From Isurus oxyrinchus (lineage: Eukaryota): a DNA stretch of 64,000 nucleotides. Shown here one piece after another: positions 61,636 to 64,000 of this stretch (position 1 is its first letter; each line of letters begins with the position of its first letter). Where the stretch lies: NCBI GenBank assembly GCA_026770705.1, contig JANJGN010000031.1, forward strand, positions 1,054,001 through 1,118,000. The letters are read 5' to 3'. Below the pieces are notes generated by a model that was not told where the DNA came from, did no database searches, and was given only the letters and a program-made list of their open reading frames with translations. A program made the translations under genes and the position numbers.

Positions 61636-63881
61636 TTTACTCCAGGCGCAAAAATGCACAGCCGAGAGATTGGCCCATAAGCTGCTGGACTCGAAGTAAA
61701 ATTGGGTGTTGCTGGGACTTCTGGCGGTGAAAACCGCACAGTTCATCGGAGGGAGTGATTGTTCCGAAGTAGGAATAGAAAAGGTTCTGAGGCTGACGGC
61801 CAAGATGCCATCGGTATCAGTAGAAATAGCTGCTAGCACCTGAACGAAAGAACAAAGAAAAGTACAGCACAGAAACAGGCCCCTCGGCGTTCCAAGCCTG
61901 CGCCGATCATATTGCCTGTCAAAATAAAGCATTTTGCACTTCCGGGGTCCGTATCCCTCTATTCCCAAAGTATTCATGTATTTACTAAGCTGCCTCTTAA
62001 AAACTACTATCGAAACTGCTTCCACCACCTCTGCTGGCAGAGAATTCCAGACACTCACTCGCCTTTACGTAAAAAGCTTGACCCGCACATCTCCTCTATA
62101 GTTTTCTCCTCTCACCTTAAATCTATGTCCCTACTAATTGACTCCTCCACCCTGGGAAAAATGCTTCTGACTATCTACTCTGTCCATGCCACTCATAATT
62201 TAGTAAACTTCCATCAAGTCGCCCCTCAATCTCCTTTGCTCGAGAGAGAACAATCCAAGTTTCTCCAACTTCTCCTCATAGCTAATACCCAGGCAGCATC
62301 CTGGTAAACCTCCTGTGCACCCTCTCTAACACTTCCATGTCCTTCTGGTAAGGTGGCGACCAGAATTTCACACAATATTCCAAGTATGGCCTAACCAAGG
62401 TTCCATATAGCTGCAGCATGACTTCCCAGCTTTTATACTCAATACCCCTGCGGATGAAGGGAAGCATGTCATATGCATTCCTGACAACTTATCCACCTGC
62501 CTGGACATGTTCACCCAGATCCCTCTGCCCGTCGATGTACTTAAGGGTTCTGCCATTTAATGTATAATTCCTGCTTTTATTAGACCTTCCAAAATGCATT
62601 ACCTCGCATTTGTCCGGATTAAACTGCATCTGTCATTTCTCTGCCCAAGTCTCCCACCGTCTATATCCCGTTGTACCCTTTGACAATCCTCTTCACTATC
62701 TGCAACTCCTCCAACATTAGTGTTGTCTGCAAACTTACAAATTAGCCCAGTTACATTTTCCTCCAAATCATTGACATAAACTACAAACAGCAAAGGTCCC
62801 AGCATTGATCCCTGCAGAATACCACTAGTCACAGCTCTCCATTCAGAAAAGCACCCTCCCAAAGCTACCCTCTGTCTTCTATGACCAAGCAAATTCTGTA
62901 TCCATCTTGCCAGCTCACCACTGATTCCGTGCGACCTCTGTACCAGTCTGCCATGAGGGACCTTGTCAAAGGCCTTACTGAAATCCATATAGATCACATT
63001 CAATGCCCTTCCATCTTCGATCATCTTTGTCACCTCCTCGAAAAACTCCAGCGAGTTAGTGAGACACGACCGCCACTTCACGAAACCATGCTGCCTCTCA
63101 CTAATACACCCATTTGCTTCCAAATGGTGGTAAATTCTGTCACGAAGAATCTTCTCCAAAAATTTCCCTACCACTGACTTAAGGCTTACCAGCCTGTAAT
63201 TTCCTGGATTATCCCTGCTACACCTCTTAAACAATCGAAAAACATTGGCCAATCTCCAGTCCTCTGGGACCTCACCCATAGCCAGTGAGGATACAAAGAT
63301 TTCTGTTAAGGCCCCAGCAATCTCCTTCCTTGCCTCCCTCAGTACTCTGGGGTAGATTCCATCTGGCCCTGAGGACTTATGCACCTTAGTATTCTTCAAG
63401 ACGCCTAACAACTCCTCCTTTTTGATCTCAACATAATCCAGGCTATCTACACACTCTTCCCTAGACAAATCGACAGCTAAGTCCTTCTCTTTGGTGAATA
63501 CTGATGAGAAGTACTCATTTAGTATCTCCCCCATTTCTTCTGTCTTCACACACAGATTCCACCTCTGTCCCTGAGTGGGCCTACCCTTACCCTGTCTACC
63601 CTCTTGCTTCTTACATATGTATAAAACGCCTTGGGATTTTCCTTAATCCTCACTTCCAATGACTTTTCATGACGCCTTTTAGCCATCCTGACTCCTTGAT
63701 TAAGTTTCTTCCTACTTTCTTTATATTCTCTACGGGCTTCATCTGTTCCCAGCCTTCTAGCCCTTACGAATGCTTCCCTTTTCTTTTACAGCTTCTGTGT
63801 AAAAGCACTCTATGTTTACTGGAGTGCCAGGGGGGCTGGATATGTAAGTGGGAGACTGCTGCAGCTGTACAGCCGCCACAT
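61636..63881 (-). pseudogene. TRBV: TCR V pseudogene (CAW subgroup) split by a CR1 insertion
   Basis: 5' half 63881-63802, after a pyrimidine tract and AG: VAAVQLQQSPTYISSPPGTPVNIEC. 3' half 61850-61636: GASSYFY*YRWH..QNLFYS../FTARSPSNTQFYFESS..SAVHFCAWSK. Confidence 0.88.
61851..63801 (-). mobile_element. 5'-truncated younger CR1 LINE (~1.95 kb)
   Basis: 316-aa RT ORF at 62599-63549 (GPDGIYPR, QHGF, YMDFSKAFDKVPH, KFAD), followed by a 3' UTR. Confidence 0.93.
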
Positions 63882-64000
63882 CTGTAAAAAAGAGAGTGAA
63901 AAGACAAACGTTAATACTAACACCCCTTGAGGGAGCACACGAACAGAGAGTGAAATAGAGTAGGCGATAATGAGAGCAGGGGGAGTGAGGCAGTGATGTA

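Noticed and set aside
871-63881. Alternative identity of the V segments as IgH, IgL or TCR alpha/gamma/delta
   Set aside because: CASS/CAW endings, 23-RSSs, no upstream octamer seen and a C-beta-like exon favour TRB; assignment of individual V segments is unconfirmed without alignment.

Overview
Vertebrate genomic DNA, inferred to be from a cartilaginous fish (shark-like CR1 LINEs, Deu-type SINEs, and a constant exon resembling shark TCR beta). The window is part of a T-cell receptor beta (TRB)-type locus. Three V segments look intact, each with a leader exon, a phase-1 GT-AG intron, a V exon and a 23-bp-spacer RSS: 5369-5977 (+), 17417-18329 (+) and 49432-50101 (-). One V (871-1166, +) has an open frame but is defective. 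Three are V pseudogenes: ~9119-9413 (+), ~11974-12444 (+, with a minisatellite in CDR1) and 61636-63881 (-, split by a CR1 insertion). A frameshifted TCR-beta constant exon lies on the minus strand at 45212-45539 and is missed by the ORF track. All V segments to its left are on +, and all to its right are on -, so the two arrays converge on a dead C gene. No convincing D or J segment was found. Most of the remainder is decayed and nested LINEs, SINEs, Penelope-like remnants, tandem repeats and one 128-N gap. Most ORF-track entries are transposon fragments or spurious. Family assignments come from motif recognition only; no database search was run.
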